Positions 1 to 10,837 of a stretch of 64,000 nt of DNA are shown here, piece by piece; position 1 is the first letter of the stretch, and each line of letters starts with the position of its first letter. The position numbers and the translations under genes were made by a program. This DNA is from Okamejei kenojei (Eukaryota): positions 17,050,001 through 17,114,000 of the forward strand of contig CM069156.1 in the NCBI GenBank assembly GCA_035221665.1. The letters run 5' to 3'. The notes beneath the pieces are model-generated. The model ran no database searches, was not told the DNA's origin, and was given only the letters and a program-made list of their open reading frames with translations.

Positions 1-213
1 CAAAGGTAGTCGTAGATAGTCTTCAACATAGGGGGGTCGAAGGTAGGATGAAGGAGATCGTAGAAGGTCGTCTTCACTCTCCACTATTCGGAGTCCAATT
101 TTCCTGAAGGTAGTCTTCAAGATAGTCGAAGGAGGTCAAAGGAGGTCTTCAACATGACATTTTTTCAAACTCTCCTAAACTCGCCAATTAGTCACCGCAG
201 TGGGACAGCCCCT
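1..213. mobile_element. Right end of a non-autonomous PIF/Harbinger-type DNA transposon
   Basis: Ends in TCACCGCAGTGGGACAGCCCCT followed by TTA. The internal GTAGTC/GAAGG repeats match 49560-49801. Confidence 0.7.
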
Positions 214-448
214 TTATGTTCAAAATCATCTTAAGAGTAAGTTTTTAAATCTGTAAGCGAACTGCAAACTGTAATTGTCTCCTTCAAGTAATTGCTGGAG
301 TGAGTCGTTGTCAAAGTCAGGGAAACGTACACATGAATGGAGTCATTGTCACAGTGAAAGATAGGTGTGGTTTCAGTTTCGGGGAAACTACCAATTTGCA
401 GGATGTTGCAGAGTGAACAATACATTTAGTGACTTCCAAGGTGAGTTA

Positions 449-470
449 AGGGGCTGTCCCACTGCGGTGA
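449..470. repeat. Isolated Harbinger-type TIR
   Basis: TTA followed by AGGGGCTGTCCCACTGCGGTGA, the exact reverse complement of 192-213. Confidence 0.7.
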
Positions 471-892
471 GATGTTAGCAGTATTTTACACCACGTAATT
501 ATATAACGTCTTATTAGTTTTAGTTTGTGTATCAATATTTGCTTCACAGTGTTTGAATCAATATTATTTTATTGGTGGCAGTTGCTTCATTTTCATATAC
601 TTTTAAGCATGGTGCTGTTCTGTGAGTTAACGAGATTTGCACCAACCTGTCAGATTCAGGGAGATCCAGAGAACAGCTACAGAGCCAACTACCTACACAG
701 CTGAAATCTCCAGTAATTTATGTTCTCATAAAACAACATGGCAGTCCTCATGATTTCCTGCCATGGCCATTTAATGGTCATAAAATGTCAATTAGAAATG
801 AATTAATAGCTTTCCTACGAAAGAACTCCATTAGCAGGACCAATTGTGCACTGGCTAAGAAATTACCTGTACCTATTGAGGTAAAGAATAGT

Positions 893-1117
893 TTTGTTTA
901 GATTAGTTTATTGTCATGTGTACCAAGGTACAGGGAAAATCTTTTGTTGCTTGCTAACCAGTCAGCAGTAAGACAATATACGATTACGATCCAGCCATCC
1001 ACAGTCCACAGATACATGATAAAGGGAATAATGTGAATAATGTTTAGTGCAAGATGAAGCCAGTAAAGTCCAATCAAATATTGTCCATGGGTCTCCATTA
1101 CGGTAGATAGTAGAGGT
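893..1117 (-). mobile_element. Rex1/Babar LINE 3' UTR fragment
   Basis: Aligns by eye with 56780-56950, which is continuous with a Rex1-type C-terminal ORF. Confidence 0.5.
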
Positions 1118-1654
1118 GGAGGGCAATGCATGAGGCAGTTGTATCGGAGACTGTCTTGGAATATCATCTATGACTTGTCATTGAGGAGACAAGTGAACAA
1201 TGTGGGTAACATCTCTTGTAAAGAACTGGTAACTTGGACCAGCTGTTCCCACTGTGACGCCTCAGTCTGGAGTAAGCTAACAAAAAGATTGACTGCTATA
1301 ATTTGTCAAAATCCCCAGTAAATTATACAATCTGCAGGAAGATAGAGGTAAACCAGATGGATCTTGTTTTTTATCCATATTTAATCATATATTCCTAAAT
1401 CATCATTCCCACGGTATATATCACTACAGATTAGGAATGAAAGGTCGTGTAAATAGTTCAAATAAATGTAGCTCTTGCTTTTTTTTGGTCATTTCTTTCC
1501 ATGATTAAAATTCCAAGATGACATGATAACCGTTTAGAGAATAGAAGGATTGCTACCACATCCTCGTTCACAGGCAAATAAACCATTTAGTTTTATGAGA
1601 GGCATCACCATTAGTCTTGCAGCTAATGCTGAATGGAGAATTGTGTAACAGGAT

Positions 1655-3097
1655 ATTGGAGGAACAGCACATCATATTTTGCTTGTGCAGCTTACAACCC
1701 AGTAGTATGAATATTGATTTATCTAACTTCAAGTAACCCTTGTAGGTATGTTACAAAGCTTACCTTCAGCGGCGCTGCAGTTCTGTCACTGGCCGTGTGC
1801 GTGACTTTGGCGCCTTTGAGAAGGGGGCGGGTTTAAAATGCGTTTTTTCTTCAGACTATTCAAATCGATTTTGAACAGGCTGTTTAGTTGCTGAAGAAAA
1901 ATCGCTTTGATTACCATTTTATTAAGTTTATTAAAATTAGCGCTGGATAATTTAATAGCAGGAGTAAATTTAAAATCATCTTCTAAAGCCGTCAACGCCG
2001 ACAACGGGACGGATCTCACGTAGGGGACGAGGCAAGGTACACCGTTTATTTTTTCATATAAACTTGCTTCTTAGGATGCCATTAATCAAAATTTCACGTC
2101 GTGAAAAGGTGACTTGGGACCCATACGAACCAGCAGTATTTTATATGGGGTTTAAATTTACCGCAACCGCAACGTTCCAAACGATCGCATTCCACAAAAT
2201 CCCACTCACAAGATAATTAAAATGCCCATTAATTTACGGGAATTAAACACTAAGTTCCTTCCATTTGGCCTAGAAATTCATGACAATGAGATTTAAAAAT
2301 CATGTTATATTGTGAATTCTTGTGTGAATGTTATTTGGACACTTAGGCTTTTTAAAAAAATGTTAACCTTTTCTTAAGAAATGGATAGATGTTTAGATCT
2401 AGTAATTGAATTTTGTAATTAGCTACAATTATGTAATTAACTATTATATGCTTTAATTTCAGGTCATCCAAGTAAGATTGTTTCATATTTGTTTTAGAAT
2501 GCTTCAATCTATAATAACTGAAATTTTTATTCAGTTCTCTTAATTTTTAATAAAGTTTTGGGCTTTTGACTGTCCTTGATCACAGCTTTTGTGTTAAGTC
2601 AAAGGAAAAGCAATAGGGAACAAGATGCTAATTTCCAAGTATGAAAATGGCCATACCTTTTTTAATACTGAAGATAGGAAAGTGAATTAGGTGTCAAATT
2701 AAACTTCTTTTTATGCTTTATCTGATGGGATAAATTGCAGACTTGATTTTTTTAATCTGAAAAATTTGTAACATTGCTAACCCTTGTATCCCCTCTCTCT
2801 CTCCATCCTTCCCCCACCCTCGTTGTCATACTGGTTTAACTGTCGTCCTGTTGAGTTTCACTGTTTGTATAATTGGTATCACCTAGCCCACAGCCAACAA
2901 TAGACCATTCTGTGCTCCATCATTACTTTTTGCAAATATTTCATTCATTTGTTCTATATCTCTCGCTCTATATCACCGTCCATATCTCCCTTTCCCCTGA
3001 CTCTCAGTGTTTAGAAGGGTCTCAACCCAAAACATCATCTATTCTCCAGAGATGCTGCCTGACCCACTGAGTTACTCCAGCTTTTTGGGTCTATTTT
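1655..3097 (+). mobile_element. Penelope-like element 3' end, split by a DNA transposon at 1743-2779
   Basis: TTGGAGGAACAGCACATCATATTT encodes LEEQHIIF (end of the GIY-YIG domain, cf. 20967-21371). The pLTR resumes at 2780-3097. Confidence 0.7.
1743..2779. mobile_element. Non-autonomous DNA transposon (~1.04 kb; hAT- or P-like, unresolved)
   Basis: Imperfect TIRs TAGGTATGTTACAAA and TTTGTAACATTGCTA. ACCCTTG is duplicated at 1736-1742 and 2780-2786. A second partial copy lies at 21422-21821. Confidence 0.8.
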
Positions 3098-3226
3098 AGG
3101 ATTAAGTCAGATTGTTTAAGGGAGGGGAAAACATCCACATTCAGATCATTTCACTCTGCATCCCAACCACTTGCACTGACAAATTATTCAAGGTCTGGGC
3201 ATTTGACATTCAAGCAACACAATGAT

Positions 3227-3540
3227 ACATAGAAACATAGAAAATAGGTGCAGGAGTAGGCCATTCGGCCCTTCGAGCCTGCACCGCCATTCAACATGAT
3301 CATGGCTGATCATCCAACTCAGTATCCTGTACCTGCCTTCTCTCCATATCCCCTGACTCCGTTATCTTTAAGAACTCTATCTAGCTCTCTCTTGAAAGTA
3401 GCTCCCTGATCCCTTTAGCCACAAGGGCCACATCTAACTCCCTCTTAAATATAGCCAATGAACTGGCCTCAACTACCTTCTGTGGCAGAGAATTCCAGAG
3501 ATTCACCGCTGTCTGTGTGAATCACCACTCTCTGTGTGAA
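3227..3540 (-). mobile_element. CR1 LINE 3' end
   Basis: (CATAGAAA)n tail, with a 3' UTR nearly identical to 5084-5330. Confidence 0.85.
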
Positions 3541-4513
3541 TCTAATGTTTGTTGTGCTTTAGTAACCTACTAATCTTATTAGTATTTATATATGTAGTTC
3601 CCTTTTGTGACCAAGTACTGACTTGTTCGAATTTCTGACAGCCAGGTTGCCAACATTCATTCACCTGACAGGCAGTTTAGCTGAGAGTGACATCCTTTGG
3701 TAGCAGCTGGATATTCAACTTCAAAGATTTAGAGCGGCATTAAGCTCCTCGATAATCTAATGACAATGGCTAGATCATCCTTTATAAATGTGTACCTGTA
3801 TTTCTACAAATATGGATGCACAAATCACAAAATTATCATTTTGCGTGACTGTAATCTTCGAAAGAGCCTCACTGGAGAAAAGATTTCATTAGATAAATAC
3901 ATCTCTATAATCAGCTTCTAGTTGGTCCCATGTTGGATATAATATAGTGAAATGAGCCAAATTTACTTAGTAGTCTAACAGAGTGTGAATATATATTTGG
4001 TTGTAATCATAATTTGATTGAATTCAATGTATTGTTTGAAAGAGAGAAACGCAATTTTAAAATAAACTAGCAGAGCTGCTAATTGGTAAAACCTCAAAGC
4101 CTGAAATCTCAGAGAATGGTGTTTAAAACAGAATTTACGATGACATTGAACTGTTTTATACTGCTGTGGGGGAACAGCCCTGGTTCCAATGCAAAGCAAC
4201 CATGGATAACTGCAGGGGTAATGGTTAAAGCTAAAATTAAATGCAATGCAATAAGGCAGAAAGTGATGCCGCTGCTGCAAATTGGGAGAGATTTTAATAG
4301 TAAGATTAAACGAGAACTTACCAAGTTTGAAGATTGATCTGTATTTTACGAGGAGTCGCGGTGAGGGATTTCGTGAAGACCCCGCCAGCACGCCTGCGCA
4401 GCATCCTTCAAAGCAGCGGTGTGGAATCACAGAACCAACCATGACTAAAAATAGTAAGATGAAAACCGTAGAACTACCTGTTTGACCTGATGATAGAGGG
4501 TGGGAGCGGTGGG

Positions 4514-4627
4514 CACGAAATCCCTCACCGCGACTCCTCGTAAAATACAGATCAACCTTCAAACTTGGTAAGTTCTCGTTTAATCTTACTATTTTACTTC
4601 GGAGTCACGTGAGTGACTTCGTGAAGA
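4514..4627. repeat. DIRS internal complementary region (ICR)
   Basis: 4514-4593 is the reverse complement of ~4296-4375, and 4591-4627 is the reverse complement of 10499-10535. Confidence 0.9.
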
Positions 4628-5083
4628 TTTCAAAGCTCTGTGATTTCACGCCCTGAACAATGTCCATGCTTATCACACTGCCGCCATTCTGATGGAGTAA
4701 GACTGTTAATGGAGTTCAGTTGACAGTGGCTGAAAAATCAACACAATTTATTAATCAAATAAACAACAACCCCTAAACCGGGCCAGACATTTACTGAGCG
4801 GTACCCAGGATAGCTTCTGCGAATGTCGCAGGAACGGCCAGAGACTTGTTATAGAACCGTTGAAAGGTTTTCCCCCACTGGCCCAGCACGCGGTGGCGAG
4901 AATGTGGTCCATGGCTCTCGCTGCAGCCCTGGAGGAATAAGACTTAAAAATGTTAGTAGCAACTCCTGCTGCACCCAGCACCACCCTGAGCCACCTGGCG
5001 ATCGTCTGTGTAGTCACCCGATGATGCGGAGGTTTTATGACTGATGAGGAGCCCCTGTTCCTTCATCCTGATAACTCCAGTAA

Positions 5084-6140
5084 CATAGAAACATAGAAAC
5101 ATAGAAATTAGGTGCAGGAGTAGGCCATTCAGCCCTTCGAGCCTGCACCGCCATTCAATATGATCATGGCTGATCATCCAACTCAGTATCCCGTACCTGC
5201 CTTCTCTCCATACCCTCTGATCCCCTTAGCCACAAGGACCACATCCAACACTCTTAAATATAGGCAATGAACTGGCCTCAACTACCCTCTGTGGCAGAGA
5301 GTTCCAGAGACTCACCACTCTCTGTGTGAAAAAAGTCTTTCTCATCTCGGTCTTAAAGGATTTCCCCCTTATCCTTAAGCTGTGACCCCTTGTCCTGGAC
5401 TTCCCCAACATCGGGAACAATCTTCCTGCATCTAGCCTGTCCAACCCCTTAAGAATTTTGTAAGTTTCTATAAGATCCCCTCTCAATCTCCTAAATTCCA
5501 GAGAGTATAAACCGAGTCTATCCAGTCTTTCTTCATAAGACAGTCCTGACATCCCAGGAATCAGTCTGGTGAACCTTCTCTGCACTCCCTCTATGGCAAT
5601 AATGTCCTTCCTCAGATTTGGAGACCAAAACTGTACGCAATACTCCAGGTGTGGTCTCACCAAGACCCTGTACAACTGAAGTAGAAGCTCCCTGCTCCTG
5701 TACTCAAATCCTTTTGCTATGAAAGCTAACATACCATTCGCTTTTTTCACTGCCTGCTGCACCTGCATGCCTACTTTCAATGACTGGTGTACCATGACAC
5801 CCAGGTCTCGCTGCATCTCCCCTTTTCCTAATCGGCCACCATTTAAATAATAGTCTGCTTTCCTGTTTTTGCCACCGAAGTGGATAACCTCACATTTATC
5901 CACATTATACTGCATCTGCCAAACATTTGCCCACTCACCCAGCCTATCCAAGTCACCTTGCAGTCTCCTAGCATCCTCCTCACAGCTAACACTGCCCCCC
6001 AGCTTAGTGTCATCCGCAAACTTGGAGATATTGCCTTCAATTCCCTCATCCAGATCATTAATATATATTGTAAATAGCTGGGGTCCCAGCACTGAGCCCT
6101 GCGGTACCCCACTAGTCACTGCCTGCCATTGTGAAAAGGA
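5084..6140 (-). mobile_element. 5'-truncated CR1 LINE inserted in the DIRS YR gene
   Basis: (CATAGAAA)3 tail at 5084. The RT C-terminal ORF is still open, and YR sequence continues on both sides. Confidence 0.95.
5226..6119 (-). CDS. CR1 ORF2 reverse transcriptase C-terminal part (truncated, 297 aa)
   Basis: SGVPQGSVLGP, KFADDTKL, LVRPHLEYCVQFW and TRGHSL motifs. Confidence 0.85.
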   Translation of the reverse strand: MTSGVPQGSVLGPQLFTIYINDLDEGIEGNISKFADDTKLGGSVSCEEDARRLQGDLDRLGEWANVWQMQYNVDKCEVIHFGGKNRKADYYLNGGRLGKGEMQRDLGVMVHQSLKVGMQVQQAVKKANGMLAFIAKGFEYRSRELLLQLYRVLVRPHLEYCVQFWSPNLRKDIIAIEGVQRRFTRLIPGMSGLSYEERLDRLGLYSLEFRRLRGDLIETYKILKGLDRLDAGRLFPMLGKSRTRGHSLRIRGKSFKTEMRKTFFTQRVVSLWNSLPQRVVEASSLPIFKSVGCGPCG

Positions 6141-6849
6141 CGTAGTGGTGGAGATGGGTGACTATGCAGAGTGTGGCATCTACAGGGTATGCCCGAAATT
6201 CCAGCTGCAGCCCATGCGCCCCTGGCCTGTGCTGTTTTAATAACTCTTTACCAAAGAATTTTATTTGACCAGGGTTGGCCACCATGCTGTCCAGTCGCAG
6301 TTTTTGTAACATCTGGACTCGTTGGGCTGTCGTCAGTGCCATGAGCATCACCACCTTAAGGGTGAGCTGTTTCAAATGGTAGCTCATCAATTGGAGCCCA
6401 GCTCCTCAGTAGGGTCAGCATGATCCCCACATCCCACGTTACTGTATATCTGGGTCGTGGAGGGATTGGTATTGAATACTCCCCTCATTAGTTTAGACAC
6501 CAGGTGGTGGGAGCTGATACCTATATCCAGGTATGAATACAGCGCACTCCTGTCGCTGTTGATGGCACTGTAGCTGAGGCCAGCATCGAAATGGAGGCCT
6601 GCTAGAAACTCCAACACATCCGGTATTGTTGCCGAGTTGGAGGACTTGTTGTTCCGGGCACAGAAACCTCCCACTTTCTGATTTGAGTGAGGTATTGTTT
6701 GCGGGTTGATTCCCGACACGATGCTGCAATAAGGTTCATGGCTCTTGACGAGATGCCTGCCCGGTTGAGCGGTCTTTTCAGAACCTGCAAGCCAACAAGT
6801 TTAATGACCATGGCAAGGATGACTGACCCCCCTGTAATGGAGTGAGTAA

Positions 6850-7145
6850 TCAATTTGGGATGTTTCCCAATCGCCATCCATGGTTGTTGTACATTTCTAC
6901 AACCATCGGGTACCATGGTTGTGTAGGCCAGTTGGGAATGATCAATATGTCAGTTGCAGAGTCTAGTTTAATTTTCTGCAACACCCGACTGGTGAGGCAG
7001 CATGGGGGAAACGCGTAGCAACCCATTTCCCCCAATGGATAAAAATGCATCCAATGCTATTACCCCAGGTTCTGGTTCCCACAACACATACGTTGGTATT
7101 CGATGGTTCAGCCTGGACGCAAATAGGTCAATATCTGGTGTCCCC
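6850..7145 (-). pseudogene. DIRS DNA N6-adenine methyltransferase-like domain remnant
   Basis: PDIDLFASRLN (~7105-7140), YAFPP and WPTQPWYP. Confidence 0.75.
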
Positions 7146-7149
7146 AATT

Positions 7150-8420
7150 TGAGCTATAATATCTCCAAAATTTGGGGGTTCAACATCCACTCAATGTTGT
7201 CATTGAAGACACGTGACCTGGTGTCCGCCACTGAATTAAGCTTCCCAGGCAAATAGGTCGCAGTAATCCAAATATTTCTTTCAATGCACCAGTGCCAAAT
7301 TGTATTAGCCAATTCATTGCAAACTAGCGACCTGATACTACCCATATGATTGATGTAAACCATTATTGTAGCATTATCTATTCGAAAGCGGACATGTAAT
7401 CCCATGAATTAGTACAGTAAGCCCGCAGTCCATGAAATGCCCCCCAGCATTTCTATATAATTTATCCCATGTGACTCCAGGAATGTAGACCCATGAGAGT
7501 TCCATCTGCCACCACAACTGGACATCGTACCAGTTGCTCCCCAGCCTGGTGCACTTGCGTCAGTTAGTAGCACGACATCAGGGTTGCTCCCTATAATAGG
7601 TCAATGACATTCTTTAATATTATCTACCCACCATTATAGCTCGTTTCTAGCTTCCGGTGGTAACCGAAGTGGCCAATCAAAGCAGCCAGCATTTGTTTTT
7701 TAATGCTGTGATTTGTGACCTTTGTGAATTTCGGTAGTGTAGCGGTCCGAATCGTGCAGCTGGGAATGTAGTTACCAATTTAGAGTTACCAATACCAATA
7801 ACTTTTGCTGTTCGCCACATGGTCGATACCCTGGCGCAAGCAAGATTGTGGCACTCTTCTGATATAGCAGTAGCTTTATTAGTGGGGATGATAAACTTCA
7901 TTAAATTAGTGTCTAAGGTGAACACCAAATCCATAACCCGTACCGGGTGCAGTTTTTGATTTGTCTGGATGGATTACAATCCCAGCTTCTCATGCAGAGC
8001 CTTGGTTGCAGCCACTCCTTGAATTGCCAATTGGAGGGTCTGCCCCACTATAAGGATTTCATCCAATATGCCATCATTATAATCTTGTTGTCGGAGAAGA
8101 GCCAATACAGGTAAATTCCAACTTGGTAAACAGCCTAAGCTGTGATGGTTCCATTAGGCAATGCACCCTTCCAGACAACTTCAGAATTCCCTGTGAGCCT
8201 CAGCGATGGGCACCGTATAGCATGCTTCTTTCAAATTGATACATGCCATAAAGTACCCTGAGTAAAGCTTCCACCTAGCTGTTCCAAAAGTATCCATTTT
8301 GACATGGGTATATTGTACAAAACTGTTCAACTCAGCTAAATCGATTATAATCCGACATTCCTCTTCTTTTTTACTGCTGGTGAACATATTAGGCTCAACT
8401 CAATAGGTCCATGCTTGGTT
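7150..8420 (-). pseudogene. DIRS reverse transcriptase and RNase H remnants
   Basis: RIIIDLAELNSFV, MACINLKEACYTVPI, RIDNAT and YLPGKLNSVAD, with multiple frameshifts. Confidence 0.85.
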
Positions 8421-10837
8421 ATGCCAATTACCACTTTTCCCTGCTCGCCATATAATTTCAGCATGCCCTGCCTCCACCTCTTTTTGGGATAGAGTAAATT
8501 CCTACGAGGCGAATGCTGAGTATGGGAATCTATACCTCCCACGAATTATATACCCTTGAACACTTTGTAAAATAAACTCATCTATGGTTACAGTTTTCCC
8601 CATATGTCCAAGGCCGCCCGCAATCGCCCACCTATTCGTACAGGAGGGATACTACGGCGTGAGAGGAGCCAGACCCCCTTACCTCCATAGTGAACGGCGG
8701 TTCCATACATATACGGTGCTTCGGGTGGACGTTATGGAGGTTGACGGCCCGGCGGCCGCATTTCCTATGCAGGCCGCTGTTGGCCTTGCCCTAAACGGTC
8801 GTTGTATTTATTGAGATGGAGGTAGGTAGAATCTTTGTGCCCTATCCGGCAGCCTTCGTTCACAGGTTGTATTAGGCTGTTGCCGGTGATATGGGTGAAC
8901 TCTGGCCGATGGAGCTTCATGAGGCCCACTGTTTTGGCCTCCTTTGTCCAGTCCCTTCACCTGTTTGTACAGGTCTCCAAGCAACTGATGCGGCGGTGGA
9001 GCGGTAATGGTCGGCACAACCCCGCGAATTTGGGGTTTAGTGTGGGCGATATGGAGCTCTTACGCTGGCAATTTATCTCATACTGGGCGTTGCATAGGAG
9101 TGCCAGTGCATCATGCTATTTACTGGACACATTATCCCCGATCAGGGTTTTGCAAACGCCGTTATGCCCGTGGAGAACCTTTCTCCAAGGTATTATTGAG
9201 AATCTGACTCCAGAGTTGGTGCATACGTAGGCAATCAATGGTGCCCGCCAATTCGTGGTGCAGGGTTCACCTGTCTGGGTAGAAACGGCAAACTTCACTC
9301 ACCACATCCAGCATCCCCCTCATGCTCTGGTTCAGCGGTCACTGGCTGTCCCTGGTCGTCGTCAAACTCAGCAGCTGGGCAATCATTAATGCTTCTGGCT
9401 GGAGACGATGAGGAGCTGAGCGGAGTCCTTGCACGGCTAGTGGATGCCCGCGAGTCCCGTTCTTCTCGTTCTCGGTCCCGCTGGAGGTGTTGCACCATTT
9501 AAGAGCTCCAACCGCTCAATGCAACCGTCCCTGCGAGATGCAGCGGACAAGCCGACTTCCCCAGGCCCTGCGAATTCACTGGGTCTTCCACCATCGGACC
9601 TCACCCCCTTAGGGTCTATGGTCCAATGGCAGGTCGTCGTGACCTACAGCCCAAGTAGGGTCATACGACTCCCGCACGGACTCTCCGCTAGTCTGTCTTC
9701 TCCCAGACTGTGGCGGCCCACCTGGCAGATAAGGAGGCAGGTGAGTTGACTCGGCGCCGGCCCCCGGAACCTGGCTCCCCGGAGTCCGTGCAGGCTTACC
9801 TCCACACTTACACCATTACTTGGCGTGGAGGCGCATGGTCGGCCGCTCGCAGCGCTGAGCTGACCGACCGCTTCCTGCTGCCACCTCCGCCCTTGACCGC
9901 AGCCTGACGGGGTGTGTTGTCGGCGGTATCTGCTCCAGCAGGCCTACACGACGCAGCAGTGTTATGCCCGGGCTGCACGATGGCAGATATCCCTGGCTGC
10001 GGTACGCAATGCACTTTGCAGGGCTCCCCTGTCGTGCGGCTGTCCCCCGGCCCAGCCCCCTCGGGTCTACTGGAGCTCGGGGAGAGGTTGCCTGTAAAGA
10101 AAACAAGACCCCTTGCCACGTACCTGTATCCCCCCTTATTCTCTTGGGGGACGGGGGCTCGGAGTCTGGATCTGTTGCTTGCAGCTCCGTAGCGGTAACC
10201 CATTCGGGTGAGTCGGCCCCTGTATCAGCGGGAGCGCCCGACTTCCGCATTCCTGCCCCCACCGTTGCGTTAAAGCTGCCGGCGTTCCTTGCAGCTCCGG
10301 GGACAAGGGCCGACGGCTGGCCGCAGCTCAGCTCCGCTCCTCGACAGCGTCGTCCTGCGGCCCTTGTCCATGCTGTAAAGGAAAAGGTAATACTCACCTG
10401 CCGGTCTTGTGAAGGAGCCGGTGGGGAGAGCGCACTCCCCCCCACAGCTGCCGCTGCAGATGCGCGCGACGATATGCTGCGCAGGCATGATGGCGGGGTC
10501 TTCACGAAGTCACTCACGTGACTCCGAAGTAAAATAAAACAGCAAAAGGTGCAAAACAGACAGAAAAATCTGCAACGAGGTATTATTAAATAAAATTCCA
10601 GAAATCTCCAATCAACAGGTAAAAAATAAATCACAACTATATTAAGAAAAGGAGGACGGCCAGAAGCAATGTTGGCCTCTTAAAAATTAAACTGGGAATA
10701 TTAATGTTAAACATGGTACGAAAGGCTGGTTCCCAATCCAAACATCTAAGGATTAAATGAAGGCATTGCAGACACACTTGGTATAATTTTCTAAAGCTCT
10801 CATGATTCAGAAACCATCCTTTTGGACTGAATTCTAA

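Larger units (their letters stand above)
4800..6760 (-). pseudogene. DIRS tyrosine recombinase (frameshifted, interrupted by CR1)
   Basis: DVLEFLAGLH..LSYSAINSDRSAL, LTLKVVMLMALTTAQRVQ, LCIVTHLHHY, TIARWLRVVLGAAG..FKSYSSRAAA. Confidence 0.88.
4296..10535 (-). mobile_element. DIRS1-type tyrosine-recombinase retrotransposon, full length, decayed (DIRS copy 1)
   Basis: ICR 4514-4627 is complementary to both ends (4296-4375 and 10499-10535). ITR pair 4370-4404/10475-10509. RT, RNase H, MT and YR fragments occur in the expected order. AAT is present at both ends. Confidence 0.93.

Noticed and set aside
402-446. 39-nt micro-exon (TTTGCAG|...AAG|GTGAGT)
   Set aside because: Weak pyrimidine tract and an unrecognised peptide. 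It cannot be supported without transcripts.
3975-4562. 195-aa ORF and the mirrored peptide DLYFTRSRGEGFR on both strands
   Set aside because: It is a by-product of the DIRS end/ICR inverted repeat, not a gene.
5226-6119. Domesticated or host RT gene
   Set aside because: It is a 5'-truncated ordinary CR1 with a microsatellite tail. The open frame reflects youth.
9808-10634. Overlapping 130-272-aa ORFs
   Set aside because: This is the GC-rich DIRS leader, stop-poor in all frames, with no recognisable domain.
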